Source of the DNA: Octopus vulgaris
Lineage: Eukaryota
DNA: 64,000 bases
Direction: 5' to 3'
Assembly: GCA_951406725.2 (NCBI GenBank)
Contig: OX597825.1
Span: 61,132,001 to 61,196,000 of the forward strand
Shown one piece after another: positions 24,405 to 37,345 of the stretch (positions within the stretch are counted from its first letter, which is position 1; each line of letters starts with the position of its first letter). The position numbers were made by a program, and so were the translations under genes. The notes under the pieces are model-generated. The model was not told where the DNA came from. It did not search any database and saw nothing but the letters and a program-made list of their open reading frames with translations.

Positions 24405-24745
24405 GTAGTTGGATGGTATACTTTCTTCTGGATCGGTAGATCTGAGGCAGAAAAAGGAATGTGGTGTGTGTTTCACTATTAGTAATGATTCTGTACATAA
24501 ACTAGAATCCCTACCAAATGGAATTAATGATCGTCTTATGCTACTCTGAATCCTAATTGCCCTAGAAAAATCAGCTACAATAGTAAGTGCATATGTATCC
24601 AACACATGGTTCTACAGATGCAGCAAAAGATTACTTCTATTCTGATTTATGAATATTATTAAACCAAATTCCCAATCAAGAGAAAAATTTTCATTTAGGA
24701 GATTTTAATGCCCATGTTGGATCAGATTACCTTCCTTGGCCAAGT
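24405..24745 (+). pseudogene. RTE/BovB-type LINE apurinic-endonuclease (APE) fragment
   Basis: YTFFWIG..., KLESLPNGINDRLM, ATIVSAY, KDYFYSDL and LGDFNAHVG motifs, with stops and frameshifts. Confidence 0.82.
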
Positions 24746-25399
24746 TTAGCTCATTGTCAGCATTGCTGATTTTTCATACTTAAAATTACTATGGGCTATA
24801 CCCTTAGATTTTATCTATTACTGTACTCATAAATTTATTAGATATATAATATAGACATAAACAACTGTCGTGTTTATGCAATTTCATTATGGACAGTAAA
24901 GCAGAATCAAATGGATGATGTCATTTTAAATGTTCTTATTGTTTCATCAATGATTAATTACCCTGCATGTTACATCTACTATGAAGCTTATTTTACACCC
25001 ACTTATAACTAAATCATAAAAATTTATCATGAAAAATAAACACTGCTCATCTGTCAGTATTTTAAGTTGCAAGACTAACAGCTGACCCTATGTAAAATAT
25101 ACAAATCAGCATTCTTGATTTGTGGTTGATAAATATAACAGCCACAGCCATAAATACTATTTAACAGGGGCAGTAAAATGTAGGATGAACCATTGGTAAT
25201 GAAGCTATAAGAATGGTTGAAATGGCATCCTTCATTTAGTCATTCTTTTACTATTGATGGTAAAATTTTAATTTTGTCAATCAAGACAGATGTTCATGCC
25301 AAACTTATGTTTCTTTATGAATACAGTAGTACCAAGATATTTGGGTATATCCTGTAAAAAAATGTTTAATATACATATACATACATACATATATATATA

Positions 25400-25808
25400 T
25401 AGGTGCAGGAGTGGCTGTGTGGTAAGTAGTTTGCTTACCAACTACATGGTTCCAGGTTCAGTCCCACTGCATGGCACCTTGGGCAAGTGTCTTCTATTAT
25501 AGCCTCAAGCTGACCAAAGCCTTGTGAGTGGATTTGGCAGACAGAAACTGAAAGAAGCCTGTTGTATATATGTATGTGTATGTATATGTTTGTGTGTCTG
25601 TGTTTTTCCCCCCAACATCGCTTGACAACTGATGCTGATGTGTTTATGTCTCTGTAACTTAGCAGTTCAGCAAAAGAGACCGATAGAATAAGCACTAGGC
25701 TTACAAAGAATAAGACCTGGGGTCGATTTACTCGACTAAAGGTGGTGCTTCAGCAAGACCACAGTCAAATGACTGAAACAAGTAAAAGAATAAAAGAATA
25801 AAAGAATA
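25400..25808 (+). mobile_element. Family A SINE, full length
   Basis: AGGTGCAGGAGTGGCTGTGTGG ... (TAAAAGAA)n tail. Confidence 0.9.
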
Positions 25809-25870
25809 TAATATTATATTATATATTCCATTCTCTACTCTATTCCCTTCATCTCTGTTCTATCTTTCAG

Positions 25871-25989
25871 AAAACATCGAAGACATTTCTTTCTCCCCGC
25901 TTCCATTTCCTCAGCTGCAAACTAATACTAACTCTTAGCTTATCTTTTTATCATGTCTTTGTTTTGTATTTTTGTCACCTTTACAATAT
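25871..25989 (+). other. Candidate host exon (possibly terminal, coding xNIEDISFSPLPFPQLQTNTNS*)
   Basis: A ~45-nt polypyrimidine tract ends in TTTCAG at 25870. There is a stop at 25936-25938 in one frame and GTAAGT at 25990, followed by about 800 bp of unique AT-rich, 3'UTR-like DNA. Confidence 0.3.
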
Positions 25990-26889
25990 GTAAGTACATT
26001 GGTGTTTGTGTACATATAAAAATACAAGTTTTTGTATATATATATATACATATATTTGTATATATGTTTATGCATAGTTTATTCAGGAACTACAAAACGA
26101 ATGCTTGAAAAAGCATTTATAGTTTTATTCGGCATCTCACAGGGGAAGTATTCATAACACTCATCTTGACATATAAACCGGCAATGTTTTAAATTGAGCT
26201 TTTCGATATTTCTATATTCCTATTGGGAAATTTTACTCTTTTGTCTTAAAATTATATCCTTCCCCCATCACTTTCTAGAAATAGTTAGTGAGAGAGAGAG
26301 AGAGGAGGGAGGGATGGAGTGTATGTGTGTTGGTTTATGATGGTAACAGTTTTGTTTACAATTTTATAACTGTCTTCTGTAGCAGTTATAGACACTGGAA
26401 TAACAATTACTGTGTCACAGTATTTTGGGAGTCAGAAATTCAGAAATGATGGTTGTTGTCATAACTGTTTAACTGTGAAGGGGATTATGTATGAATAACA
26501 CTTCGTTCCAATAATTTCCACTGCTTATTGTAAACGGCAGAAGTAGTGAAGTGTGATGTATATTGTCAATGGAAAGGAGCAGGAAAAGCAATTTATTTAT
26601 TTTTTTTTCACTTTGAAAATTTTATTTCTGCACACAATAAGACTCTGATATTGTAAATATTGTAAACATTAATTTCCACAGTCTGTTTTGAAAAAAATAA
26701 AAAATGAAAAAATGAAAAATCGGTAAAGTTGTTACGGGAATTGGTGGGGATGGTGTGTGTGATGATATAAGCATTTTGAAGTATCTACTTTCTTCTTTCC
26801 CCTCATTTCTTTCTTTCTAAGAATCTAAAGCTCAAACAATTACTCAAAGTCCTCAATGTAATTGATCCTTAACACAGTGTTTCTATTCT

Positions 26890-27850
26890 TAAGAATTGTC
26901 TATAAAATTCAGATTCTTACTGTCTTTGCGACTCATTGATAATCAAGAGAAATTTGAAAGCTTGGTCAATTTTAAGCTAAGCACTGTATCCTTTGCCCAG
27001 TCAGTATTCTTCTATTTCTGTTTCTTCCTCTTTTGTAGGCGACATTTTACACTTTCCTATCTGGATTACATCCAATATAGAGGTGGATGCAGCAGAGTCT
27101 TGGATTGTTAGTTCCAGACCAGAGAAATTGTATCAGAGAGCTTGGGACAGTCAAAACATATTTTTGACTCTCTTTCTGATCAATCTACTTAAATTTCAAG
27201 GTGCCGCCTATTTTCTGTGAATGCCAAATTTTCTGAAAATTGGTGTAACACATTGTTTGTGGCATACGTTGGTGGTTTACTTAACTCAGAGGAATTCCAC
27301 ATTTCCATCACCTTCAGAGTTGAAGCTGATGTGTGTGTGTGTGAGGGGGGGATGTAATATCCTTGAGGCAAGACCTATGATTCCAGCAGTTTACATATAT
27401 TGTCCTGTTAACTTGACTTCAGGTAGCTTTGGTTACCACAATGAGATAAACTTCATCATTAAACAAGCATTAATAAGGATAAATGATAACTCAATGGCTC
27501 GATTATAGAATCAATGGGAATGTCCAAGGAAGACAGCAAGATTTATGGATTTCACTACCTTTACGCTAGAAGCTGATTTCATTTTATGGGATGTTGCCAT
27601 TAACGACTCATTTGCCTTATCACACATCCTCAATGCTGTAGCAGCATTGGGATTATTGCATCCATAACTAAATGAAATAAGGCTCTGGAAATAACTCGAT
27701 CTATTGGTAAATAGCATTTTTCATCCTTTTACTTTTGACATGCTGGTAGATGCTTAACAGCTGACAAAGAAGTTTTTGACCTTGACAACATCCCAGCTCA
27801 CTGACATATCAAATAACACTCAGGGAGGTACCTGGTAGTTATAGTACCTC
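26890..27850 (-). pseudogene. Possible decayed hAT transposase
   Basis: The minus strand shows ASTSMS (cf. DGAxxMSG), LTIQDSAAS (cf. LTLPVSxAS) and LSNFS*LSM...NLNFID (cf. the dimerisation-domain RLSNLAxLSIE..LDFD) in the expected order, with many stops. Confidence 0.35.
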
Positions 27851-28095
27851 AGTCTTGCAATACATTGTGGTAATGCTGCAATTGTTTCAGAGTGTTTCAA
27901 AATATTTGAAAAATGAAACACAGGCACCATTCTATGTGATGTATAGTCAAGGGGGTGTACTTGCCTCTATTTCCCATATTTATTTACTAATAACCTTTTA
28001 TTTGTGTGTACTATTTTCTTACTATCTACTTTTGAAATTAATTTCCTGTCATTTATTCATTGCAGCATGTCAAGGAACACCAAGTTAGATTTATA

Positions 28096-28640
28096 TTGGG
28101 TTGTCTGGAAAGTTTGTGCACATTTTTAAGGAAAGAAAAAGGTCAATAAATACTTGCCATTACATTTTTAATCAACCAAATATGAACCATTTTGTTGCAC
28201 AATCCGTCTCCATCTTTCCTTTAACTTGAAAATACCCTCTTCCCAGAACTGAGGTGGTTTCATGGCAAAGAATTCATCAACATATCTTTACGTCATCCAA
28301 GGAATTAAAATTTTTACCATTAAGACTATTCTGCATTACCTGAATAAGTGGAAATCTGAAGGAGCAATATCTAGTGAACATGAAGGGTGGGGTAACACAT
28401 CGCAGCCGAGCTGCAGCAATTTTTGTCTGGTTCCCATAGCATCAAGTGCTGAAAATGAACTGTCTTACCTTCCATTTTAAAGGGTTACAGAATTAACACA
28501 GGTTATAGGAACATAAACCTTCTTAAACTGTGCTCTAAATGGAGGTGTAGTCAAATCCTATTTTATGAATTCAACCATGTTCTAAAATAAGTTGAAAGGT
28601 AAGCTGCTATAAATTGGCACAAACTTTCCGAACAACCCAA
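28096..28640 (-). mobile_element. Internally deleted (545-bp) non-autonomous derivative of the 22610 mariner family
   Basis: Both TIRs (TTGGGTTGTCTGGAAAGTTTGTGC ... GCACAAACTTTCCGAACAACCCAA) and the TA TSDs are present. The coding region joins HFQHLML (about codon 13) directly to GTRQKLLQLG. Confidence 0.92.
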
Positions 28641-29603
28641 TACATTCTCCATTATTGCTGGTCTCAGTTTTAAACATGCCACTTACATTCATTTTACCTT
28701 CTTATTGTTAACATTGGATGAAAGCTGAGTATTTAAAATGGATCCACTATTAACTAAATGCGTTGATAGGGATCCATAGAAACAGCTATCTATTATTCAA
28801 TATACCTCTCTAAAACAAGCTGAATAGAGAACACACACACACAGAGAGCTTGTCGTAAAGCCCTTATTGAGTGAATTTCTAAGGAATTTACAGTGGATTT
28901 AATTTTGGACAGTGTGTGGCATGATTGCTGTCTTTAATTACCTAACAACGTGAATTCATGGGGATCATAGTAGATCCAATTTCAAAAGGACAGCAAGATA
29001 TTTGAGGCGTATTTCACCTGAAAAGACTTTGCAGTCAATAACACCTGAATCAGATCAAACAGCTGCCATATTCTGTTACAGCATTCTTTTGTATTATGTG
29101 AACACAGGTTTATACGCATCACTCTAATTGCAGAGTGATAAATGAAAAATGCTACACATTTACTTTTATAGCTACGGTGAAATAACTAACATACAAACAT
29201 ACATACCTGAATAATTGGTATCTGATTTCTTAACGATGTATATTTACAGGAATTCCAAAGGGTAGTTTTTCAATCCATCTGCTTACGCCTATTGTTATAA
29301 ATATAGGTATTGTTAAGAGAAACTAAGGAGCAAATTCATTGTAAATGTAAATAGCTGCTGGATATTTCATATCATTCTTGATTATCTTCTCCTTCTCTTA
29401 ATATTTTTAATTTTCTTTGGTAAAGGATATCACTCAAAACACTATATCATTCTGCTTCTTTTCATTAAGCTTCTTCTCATTGTATATATACACTATATGC
29501 TTTGATTCTGATTATTTTGTTTTGTATTTCTATGCTTTGTCTTTACAATGTGTTTTACTTAATTAACTTTATGAATTTCCATGTCATTTTTGGCACATAT
29601 GCA

Positions 29604-30024
29604 TAGGTGCAAGAGTGGCTGTGTGGTAAGTATCTTGCTTACCAACCACATGGTTCTGGGTTCAATCCCACTTTAGCATGCCTTGGGTAAGTATCTTCTA
29701 CTATAGCCTCAGGCCAACCAAAGCTTTGAGTGGACTTGGTAGACAGAAACTGAACGAAGCCTGTCGTATATATGTATATGTGTGTTTATGTGTTTATGTA
29801 TGTGTGTTTGTGTGTCTGTGTTTGTGCCTCCAACATCACTTGACAACCGATGATGGTGTGTTTAAGTTCCCGTAAATTAGCAGTTCAGCAAAAGAAACCA
29901 ATAGAAGAAGAACTAGGCTTACAAAGAATAAACCCTGGGGTTAATTTTCTCAACTAAAGGCGGTGCTCCTGCAAGGCTGCAGTCAAATGACTGAAACAAG
30001 TAAAAGAAAAAAGATTAAAAGAAT
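29604..30024 (+). mobile_element. Family A SINE, full length
   Basis: Family A head, body and tail. Confidence 0.88.
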
Positions 30025-30618
30025 ATGCATACCTGCATATATGTGTGTGTGTGTATGTGTGTGTGTGTGTATGTGTGTGTGTGTATGTGTGTTTTTACAA
30101 ACGAATATGTTTCTGTATTTATAGCTGTGCCAAACAGTATCCCTTGTGAGATTTCTTCTGTTTTGTGGTCAAATTTTGCCAAGGTTCACTTTCCCTTTCA
30201 TTCTTTTGGGGTTGATAAAATAAGTAGCAGTCAAGCACTGGAGTCAATATGATCAACTAGCTCTCTCCCTAACCAAATTTCAGGCATTATGCTTATAGCA
30301 GAAAGAACTATTATCATTATTATATACACATATTCCTAGAATATGTATGTACGTACAAATATACATTACTGTAAAAATTACTTGAACACAAAATGATAAA
30401 TCACAAATTGTTTGCCATAGTATGAAAGACCATGTCCTCATCAAAGTAGTAGATGCTCCTCCCTAGGAGGACTGAGGGTGATTTTAGCAGGGAATCTGGG
30501 ATGTAAACAAAGAATACATTGTGATGCAACATGGTTAAATGAACTTTGAAGTGAGTGCTGTACAAATGCATCTTCCAAATATATAACACCACACTGAAAT
30601 CCTCTTCATGATTCTTAT

Positions 30619-30866
30619 GAAATTGCTAAATGGAAAATCACATGGGAGAGACTTGTTAGTAAGCTACTAGTACAAAAACTCCCATTCTACAGGGAATTTC
30701 TTGTGGCCCTTTTAAAAAACAATTGACACTGAGCTAGATATAGAAATTGCTAAATGGAAAATCACATGGGAGAGACTTGTTAGTAAGCTACTAGTACAAA
30801 AATTCCTATTCTACAGGGAATTTCTTGAGGCCCTTTTAAAAATCAATTGACACTGAGCTAGATATA
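30619..30866. repeat. 124-bp tandem duplication inside the R4/Dong fossil
   Basis: The units 30619-30742 and 30743-30866 both run GAAATTGCTAAATGG...GAGCTAGATATA with few substitutions. Confidence 0.92.
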
Positions 30867-31185
30867 GTAGACTGGGCGATAGTTCTATGGTCCTACCATA
30901 ATCTCTTAATAATATGGCTAGACTACAAGAAGTTGTTCAAATCTGTCTCTCACTCACAGCTGATAGAATCATTAACCCTGCCAAAGTGTCTACTGCTATA
31001 GTGAATACAATTTGAAACACAATTATTAGTGACAATTACTAAAGCAACACCTTATTGTTACAAAAAAGATTAGGTTGTGAATGGATATATTACAGGGTTA
31101 TTATTTATCTGTAATATCGTCTGTGCAGGCAGGGAACTCCTTATCAGATCTGCTTATGAAATGCCAAGGTGACATGCTGGGATAT

Positions 31186-31591
31186 ACTCTTTTTCTCTTT
31201 TTACTTGTTTCAGTCATTTGGCTGCGGCCATGCTGGAGCACTGCCTTTAGTCAAGCAAATCGACCCTGGGACTTATTCTTTGTAAGCCTAGTACTTATTC
31301 TATCGGTCTCTTTTGCCGAACCGCAAAGTTACGGGGACGTAAACACACCAGCATCGGTTGTCAAGCAATGCTGGGGAGACAAACACAGACACACAAACAC
31401 ACCACACACACACATATACATATATATACATATATACAACAGGCTTCTTTCAGTTTCTGTCTACCAAATCCACTCACAAGGCATTGGTCGGCCTGGGGCT
31501 ATAGCAGAAGACACTTGCCCAAGGTACCACACAGTGGGACTGAACCCAGAACCATGTGGTTGATTAGCAAGCTACTTACCACACAGCCACT
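31186..31591 (-). mobile_element. Family A SINE inserted into the R4/Dong-like LINE
   Basis: Full family A sequence on the minus strand. Confidence 0.9.
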
Positions 31592-32339
31592 CAAAATTAA
31601 AATTAATGTCTCTCACACATTTTTTTCTTAATGACCTAATGTTTTATTCTGTTAAATTGAATGAAATCAAGACACAGTTCAAACTATTCATAACATTCTC
31701 ATGAGACATAGGAATGGAGTGAGTTTGGACAAGATAAATGCTCATACAAGGAAAGATTGTTGACCAGACAGAGAACATGTACATCAATGGTTTTTCTATA
31801 TCATCCAACCTCAGATGATGACAACAACAAGTATCTTAGAATCATTGAGAATATTGCATATGTTGATTCTGTGACTAAAGCCACTTATCTACCTACATAC
31901 ATATGGTAGAGCCCATAGTCACTCATTATAGAAGGGAGTACTGGTGGAATGTCCCAGTGAAAACCTTAATAAAATGTAAACATAATAGACCAGACATAGT
32001 AATTTGAGATAGAGAAGAGAAACTATGTACAGTTGTGGAAATCAGCTGTCCAGTGGGATGTTAACATATAGCTAAAGATCAGCAAAAAGATTGAAGAATC
32101 TACAGCTACTTTATCCAGAGTTCAGTTTTATACCTGTAATTATGGGGACCCTGAGATATGTAACACGCTGCCTAAATACCAATCTTGAGAAATTAGGCTT
32201 TTCAAAACCAGAAAGAAGAAAGCTGATTCAAAGACTGCAGATCCAGTCATTGGAACTGTAAGAATCTGTGAAACCTTCCAGAAGTTTATCATTTAAATAT
32301 ATATGAGCGTGTCTAGATATGCAAGTATATACATTAGAA

Positions 32340-32594
32340 GACATACATAAAACAAAACATACAAATGTGCACATACACATACATACATACATACATACAT
32401 ACATACATACAAACATACATACATACATACATACATACATACATACATACAAACATACATACATACATGCATACATACATACAAACATACAAACATACAT
32501 TCATACATACATACATACATACATACATAAATACATACATACATACATACATACATACATACATACATACATACATACATACATACATACATAC
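32340..32594. repeat. (CATA)n microsatellite
   Basis: Direct inspection. Confidence 0.95.
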
Positions 32595-33304
32595 AGACTT
32601 TGTTGAAATTCCAATGGAGGAACCTAAGTTCTAGGTTAGAAACCAGCTTGTTCTTTATTGGTAAGAAATCTTGACATAAAACTGAACAATAACATACATA
32701 GACACACAATCAAGATTTTTATAAGAAATGCTATTTGACATTCTTAGGTGAATAGATGCACACACTTGGGTGTATGCATCGACAGCTTAACCAACACATT
32801 AACTCAATCAAATTTACTAATGCTGGGAATACTCTCAATTCAAGAAGTCTTGCCACTTGGTTAGTTAGTAACCAGCTTGAACTCTTTCATGAAGAACATA
32901 AGTAAAACTCAAAGAAAAATCATACATATATACATGCATATGTGCTTTGTGTGTGATATACATACTAGCACACATACATATATATATACAGACACATAAA
33001 AGACTAAGTGATGGGAGTGAAAGAAATCTTTCCTTGAGTGAAAATTTCAGTTGCTTTTGTTGTAAATAAAATTGTAGGTCATTGACATTGCTGACACCTT
33101 CTAGCATTTCGTTGATTTCAAATATTCATAAATTTAATAGTAGAAAATATGTTGAGAGATTTCTATAGCGTTGTTAAAATTTTGTATGTCACCTGTGGCT
33201 TCTGTATTTATCAGAATATGTAAAATAGTGAAATATAATAACCAGAATATGGTTTGTATGACAGTCACTATGGTCCTGTGTTTCATCAGCAATTTTTTTC
33301 TCTT

Positions 33305-33464
33305 TCATCATCATCACAATCATCATCATCATCATCATCACCACCACCACCACCACAAACCACCACTACCACCACCACCACCACCACAATCATCATCATC
33401 ATCATCATCACCACCACCACCACAAACCACCACTACCACCACCACCACCACCACCACCACCACC

Positions 33465-33510
<46 letters not shown>

Positions 33511-33535
33511 ACATCATCAACATCATCTTCGTCAT
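33305..33535. repeat. Compound (CAT)n/(CAC)n trinucleotide tract, probably an expanded RTE tail
   Basis: Poly-His/Pro/Thr ORF artefacts, followed by TTTCCATGCTTGCATGAGTCGGA resembling the reverse RTE 3' end. Confidence 0.85.
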
Positions 33536-33871
33536 TTTTACATCCTTTTTTTCCATGCTTGCATGAGTCGGAATGGTCTTTACCAGTGCAGAGCAATGCT
33601 TCTTGTTGAAGTCCTGTGTCATCTCTTTCATTCAGTTCTAACACTCGGGTTCAGCCTTCACACATTCTACCCTTGTCTTCTTTGGGTTTTTTTCTTTCCT
33701 GTAGGATCCATTTACATGAATCACTTGCCAATTCTTTACCCATCAGTCAGGCTCCTTAGTGCTCTCATGTCTACACCAGCACAGTTGCTTCTCTTCTGCA
33801 CACAGTATGGGATTTTTCTAATACTAAAATATTCTTTCTGTTCACATACACTCTGTCATTCTGATGCAAGA

Positions 33872-33902
<31 letters not shown>

Positions 33903-34044
33903 GGGAGCATGGTGATGTACAAAATTCACTTTGTATGCAACACAATATTGTTAAATGTGTCAAAGGAATATATATGGCTATTTTGTACATCCATAAATGT
34001 GCCAGTCATTCCTGTGTAGTCAATATATGCTGTTAAGTGTGTAT

Positions 34045-34440
34045 ACAAGCATACGTACACACATACATACATACATACATACAAGCATACGTACATACAT
34101 ACATACATACATTCATTCATACATACACACACATACATACATGCATACATACAAGCATACGTACACACATACATACATACATACATTCATACATACACAC
34201 ATATACATACATGCGCATACATACATACAAAGTTATATACATACAGACATACATACATACACACATATATACACACATACATATATACGTACATACATAT
34301 ACATACATGCATACATACATGCATACATACATGTATACATACATACATACATACATACATACATAAATACATACATACATATATACGTACACACATATAC
34401 ATACATACATACATACATACATACACACACACAAGCATGC
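34045..34440. repeat. Imperfect (CATA)n microsatellite
   Basis: Direct inspection. Confidence 0.93.
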
Positions 34441-34725
34441 GTATAGTCAGCATTTCATATCAAGCAGAGCATGTTTGTTGATTTCTTTCCTGCTTTAGTT
34501 CATACTCAATATTTGATGTTTCACTATCCTAAAACATCAAACTTTGTACACAAGCTTTGAATAATCTGCTCTTTACTCAGAGACAGAAACTTTTTTCTTA
34601 GCATAGGTAACGGCTCCCAGAAGCTTTTCTATTTCATTCTTACTCAAGTTACTTACGGTTTTGAAGCATCCACTCACACTGCTAGATCGGTTACCCGGGT
34701 AACCTAGGTGTCAGAAGCTATCAGA

Positions 34726-35143
34726 AGGCGGCGAGCTGGCAGAAACGTTAGCATGCCGAGCGGAATGCCTTGCGGTATTTCGTCTGCCATTACGTTGTGA
34801 GTTCAAATTCCGCCAAGGTCGACTTTACCTTTCATCCTTTCGGGGTCGATAAATTAAGTACCAGTTACGCACTGGGGTCGATGTAATCGACTTAATACCT
34901 ATGTATGTCCTTGTTTGTCCCTTCTATGTTTAGCCCCTTGTGGGTAATAAAGAAATAGGTATTTCGTCTGCCGCTACGTTCTGAGTTCAAATTCTGCCAA
35001 GGTCAACTTTGCCTTTCATTCTTTTGGAGTCGATTAAATAAGTACCAGTTACACAATGGGGTCAATAGAATTGACTTAATCCGTTTGTCTGTCCTTGTTT
35101 GTCCCCTCTGTGTGTAGCCCCTTGTTGACAATAAAGAAATAAG
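34726..35143 (+). mobile_element. MetaSINE-like family B, dimeric form
   Basis: Head AGGCGGCGAGCTGGCAGAAACGTTAGC, Meta-type core and tail AAAGAAATA, followed by a second headless unit starting GGTATTTCGTCTGCC at about 34958. Confidence 0.88.
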
Positions 35144-35218
35144 AAGCTATCTGCTACCTCTCAGATTTGTTTGAAATAATATAATTTAGTTTAAAATAAT
35201 GATATCAATTTTAAAATT

Positions 35219-35452
35219 TACCTATTTCTTTATTACCCACAAGGGGCTAAACACAGAGGGGACAAACAAGGACAGACATAGGTATTAAGTCGATTACATC
35301 GACCCCAGTGCGTAACTGGTACTTAATTTATCGACCCCGAAAGGATGAAAGGCAAAGTCGACCTCGGCGGAATTTGAACTCACAACGTAGCGACAGACGA
35401 AATACCGCTAATCATTTCGCCCGGTATGCTAACGTGTCTGCCAGCTCGCCGA
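35219..35452 (-). mobile_element. MetaSINE-like family B monomer (young, CpG-rich)
   Basis: Reverse complement of family B, nearly identical to 38441-38674. Confidence 0.9.
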
Positions 35453-36351
35453 CCATGACTGTGATGGATGCATTTGAAAATGAAGACATTTGTTATATTT
35501 ATTCAACATTAAGTTACAGAAACTAACTATGCTCAAAGTAAGTGAACCAGTGAATGCCTCATTAGAAACTTCTAACCAAATATGTTATTGTTCACTAATT
35601 CTGATGTCAAATAAGTAAATAAATAAAATTAAAGTTCCAATTCTTAATGACTTGTTTGCATTCCTTTATATTTTAAATTTCTACTTAAGAAATAAGTTTT
35701 GTACATTCTGGCAAAGCAAAAATTTCTGATCAAGATGTGTGAGTTATGAAACCACAGAAAAATTTATACAAACTAAGTTCTTTTTTATTGCTAAGAAAAT
35801 AAAAAAGAATGCATTTCTTTCGTCAACACCTACTATTTATAAGTTTTCCTTTCTTTAAAATTCATGTTCAGATGTTGTAATATTATATATTGAAAATGTA
35901 ATTTTTGCAAATCTTTATGTAGCTTTATCAAGAGATTTTAGAATAATTCATATTCTTTTTTTCACATGTGTATTCTTGCTGGAAAATAAAAATATTTTTC
36001 TTTTTTCCTATAAAGAATTCACAGAGTAAAGAAATTCAAAGGTATAATTTACAGTAATGAAAGAAAAACTGTAAGCTTTATAATTTAGAATGGAGACTAT
36101 TCCAAAACTTTATAAACAACTGGGTAGCCATCTTGTTTGGTGATATAACATTGTGTAAACAAAGAGTTTAAATGTATAGGAATGTGTGAAGTGTCATATT
36201 TAATATAGTGAGAGAAAAAAGATTTTAATCATTTCAAATAACTCCTACAATGTAAACAACAACTACAACAAAAATATCAACAGCACTAATGAAAAGTTCA
36301 ATCAAGAAAAGCAATTTTCAGCCTTGTTTAAAAAAAAATTTTATCTATCAC

Positions 36352-36708
36352 AGTCATCAGACTGTGGCCATGCTGGAGCACCATTTTGAAGAACGTTTAG
36401 TAAAATATATCGACCCTAGTACTTATATTTGTTTTAAGCTTGGTACTCATTCTTTTGGTCTCTTTTTGCTGAACTTCTAAGTTATGGGGACATAAACAAA
36501 CTGAAACCGGTTGTCAAGTGGTTGGGGGGGGGACAAACACAGATACAAAGACAGACACACAGACACACGTAGGCATAGGAGTGGCTGTATGGTAAGTAGC
36601 TTGCTTACCAACCACATTGTTCCGAGTTCAGTGCCACTGTGTGGCACCTTGGGCAACTGCCTTCTACAATAGCCTCAGGTCAACCGAAGCCTTGTGAGTG
36701 TATTTGCC

Positions 36709-36766
<58 letters not shown>

Positions 36767-36985
36767 GTGTGTATATGATTGTGTGTCTGTGTTTGTCCAC
36801 CCCACCAACATCGCTTGACAACCGATGCTAGTGTGTTTAGGTACCCATAACTTAGCGATTTAACAAAAGATGCCGATAGAATAAGAACTAGGCTTACAAA
36901 GAATAAGTCCTGGGGTAGATTTGATTCAACTAAAGGTGGTGCTCCAGCCTGGCTGCAGTCAAATGACTGAAACAAGTAAAAGAAT
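36352..36985. mobile_element. Family A SINE 3' half (minus, 36352-36569) directly abutting a family A copy (plus, 36570-36985)
   Basis: Family A motifs in opposite orientations. Confidence 0.8.
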
Positions 36986-37039
36986 ACATACACACATACA
37001 CACACACTCCAGTTTTTAAAGCAGATTAGAATATGAATA

Positions 37040-37280
37040 TCATCATTATCATTATGGTCATTTAACATCTACTTTCCATGCTGGCATGGGTTAGACAGTT
37101 TGACTGGTAAGCTGGAGAGCAGCACCAGGCTCCAGTCTGATTTGGCATGGTTTCTATGGCTGGATGCCCTTCCTAATGCAACCACTTCAAGAGTGGAATT
37201 GGTTGCTTTTTAAATGCTACCGGCATGCGTGCCATTTACTGACACTGACAATGGCCATGACTACAATTTTGCTTCAGCAC
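37040..37280 (-). mobile_element. RTE-LINE 3' tail, decayed
   Basis: TTTCCATGCTGGCATGGGTT...GGCTGGATGCCCTTCCTAATGC. Confidence 0.7.
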
Positions 37281-37345
37281 TAATATATGCAAAAACTTCC
37301 ATACACTTTCAACAAGTATTACCCTTATCAGAATTAAAGTTCTTA

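Larger units (their letters stand above)
30600..32692 (+). mobile_element. Decayed restriction-like-endonuclease non-LTR retrotransposon (R4/Dong-like)
   Basis: A WKS..G.D-type pre-RT motif occurs at about 30630 and KYLRII (cf. YKYLGI) at about 31830. The RLE domain reads YWWNVPVKTLIKCKHNRPDIVI*DREEKLCTVVEISCP (31939-32052), then FIPVIMGTL. The element is interrupted by a family A SINE and followed by (CATA)n. Confidence 0.8.

Noticed and set aside
33171-34036. His/Pro/Thr-rich 131-aa and 260-aa ORFs
   Set aside because: They derive from (CAT)n/(CAC)n tracts and a decayed retroelement tail, with no splice signals or domain features.
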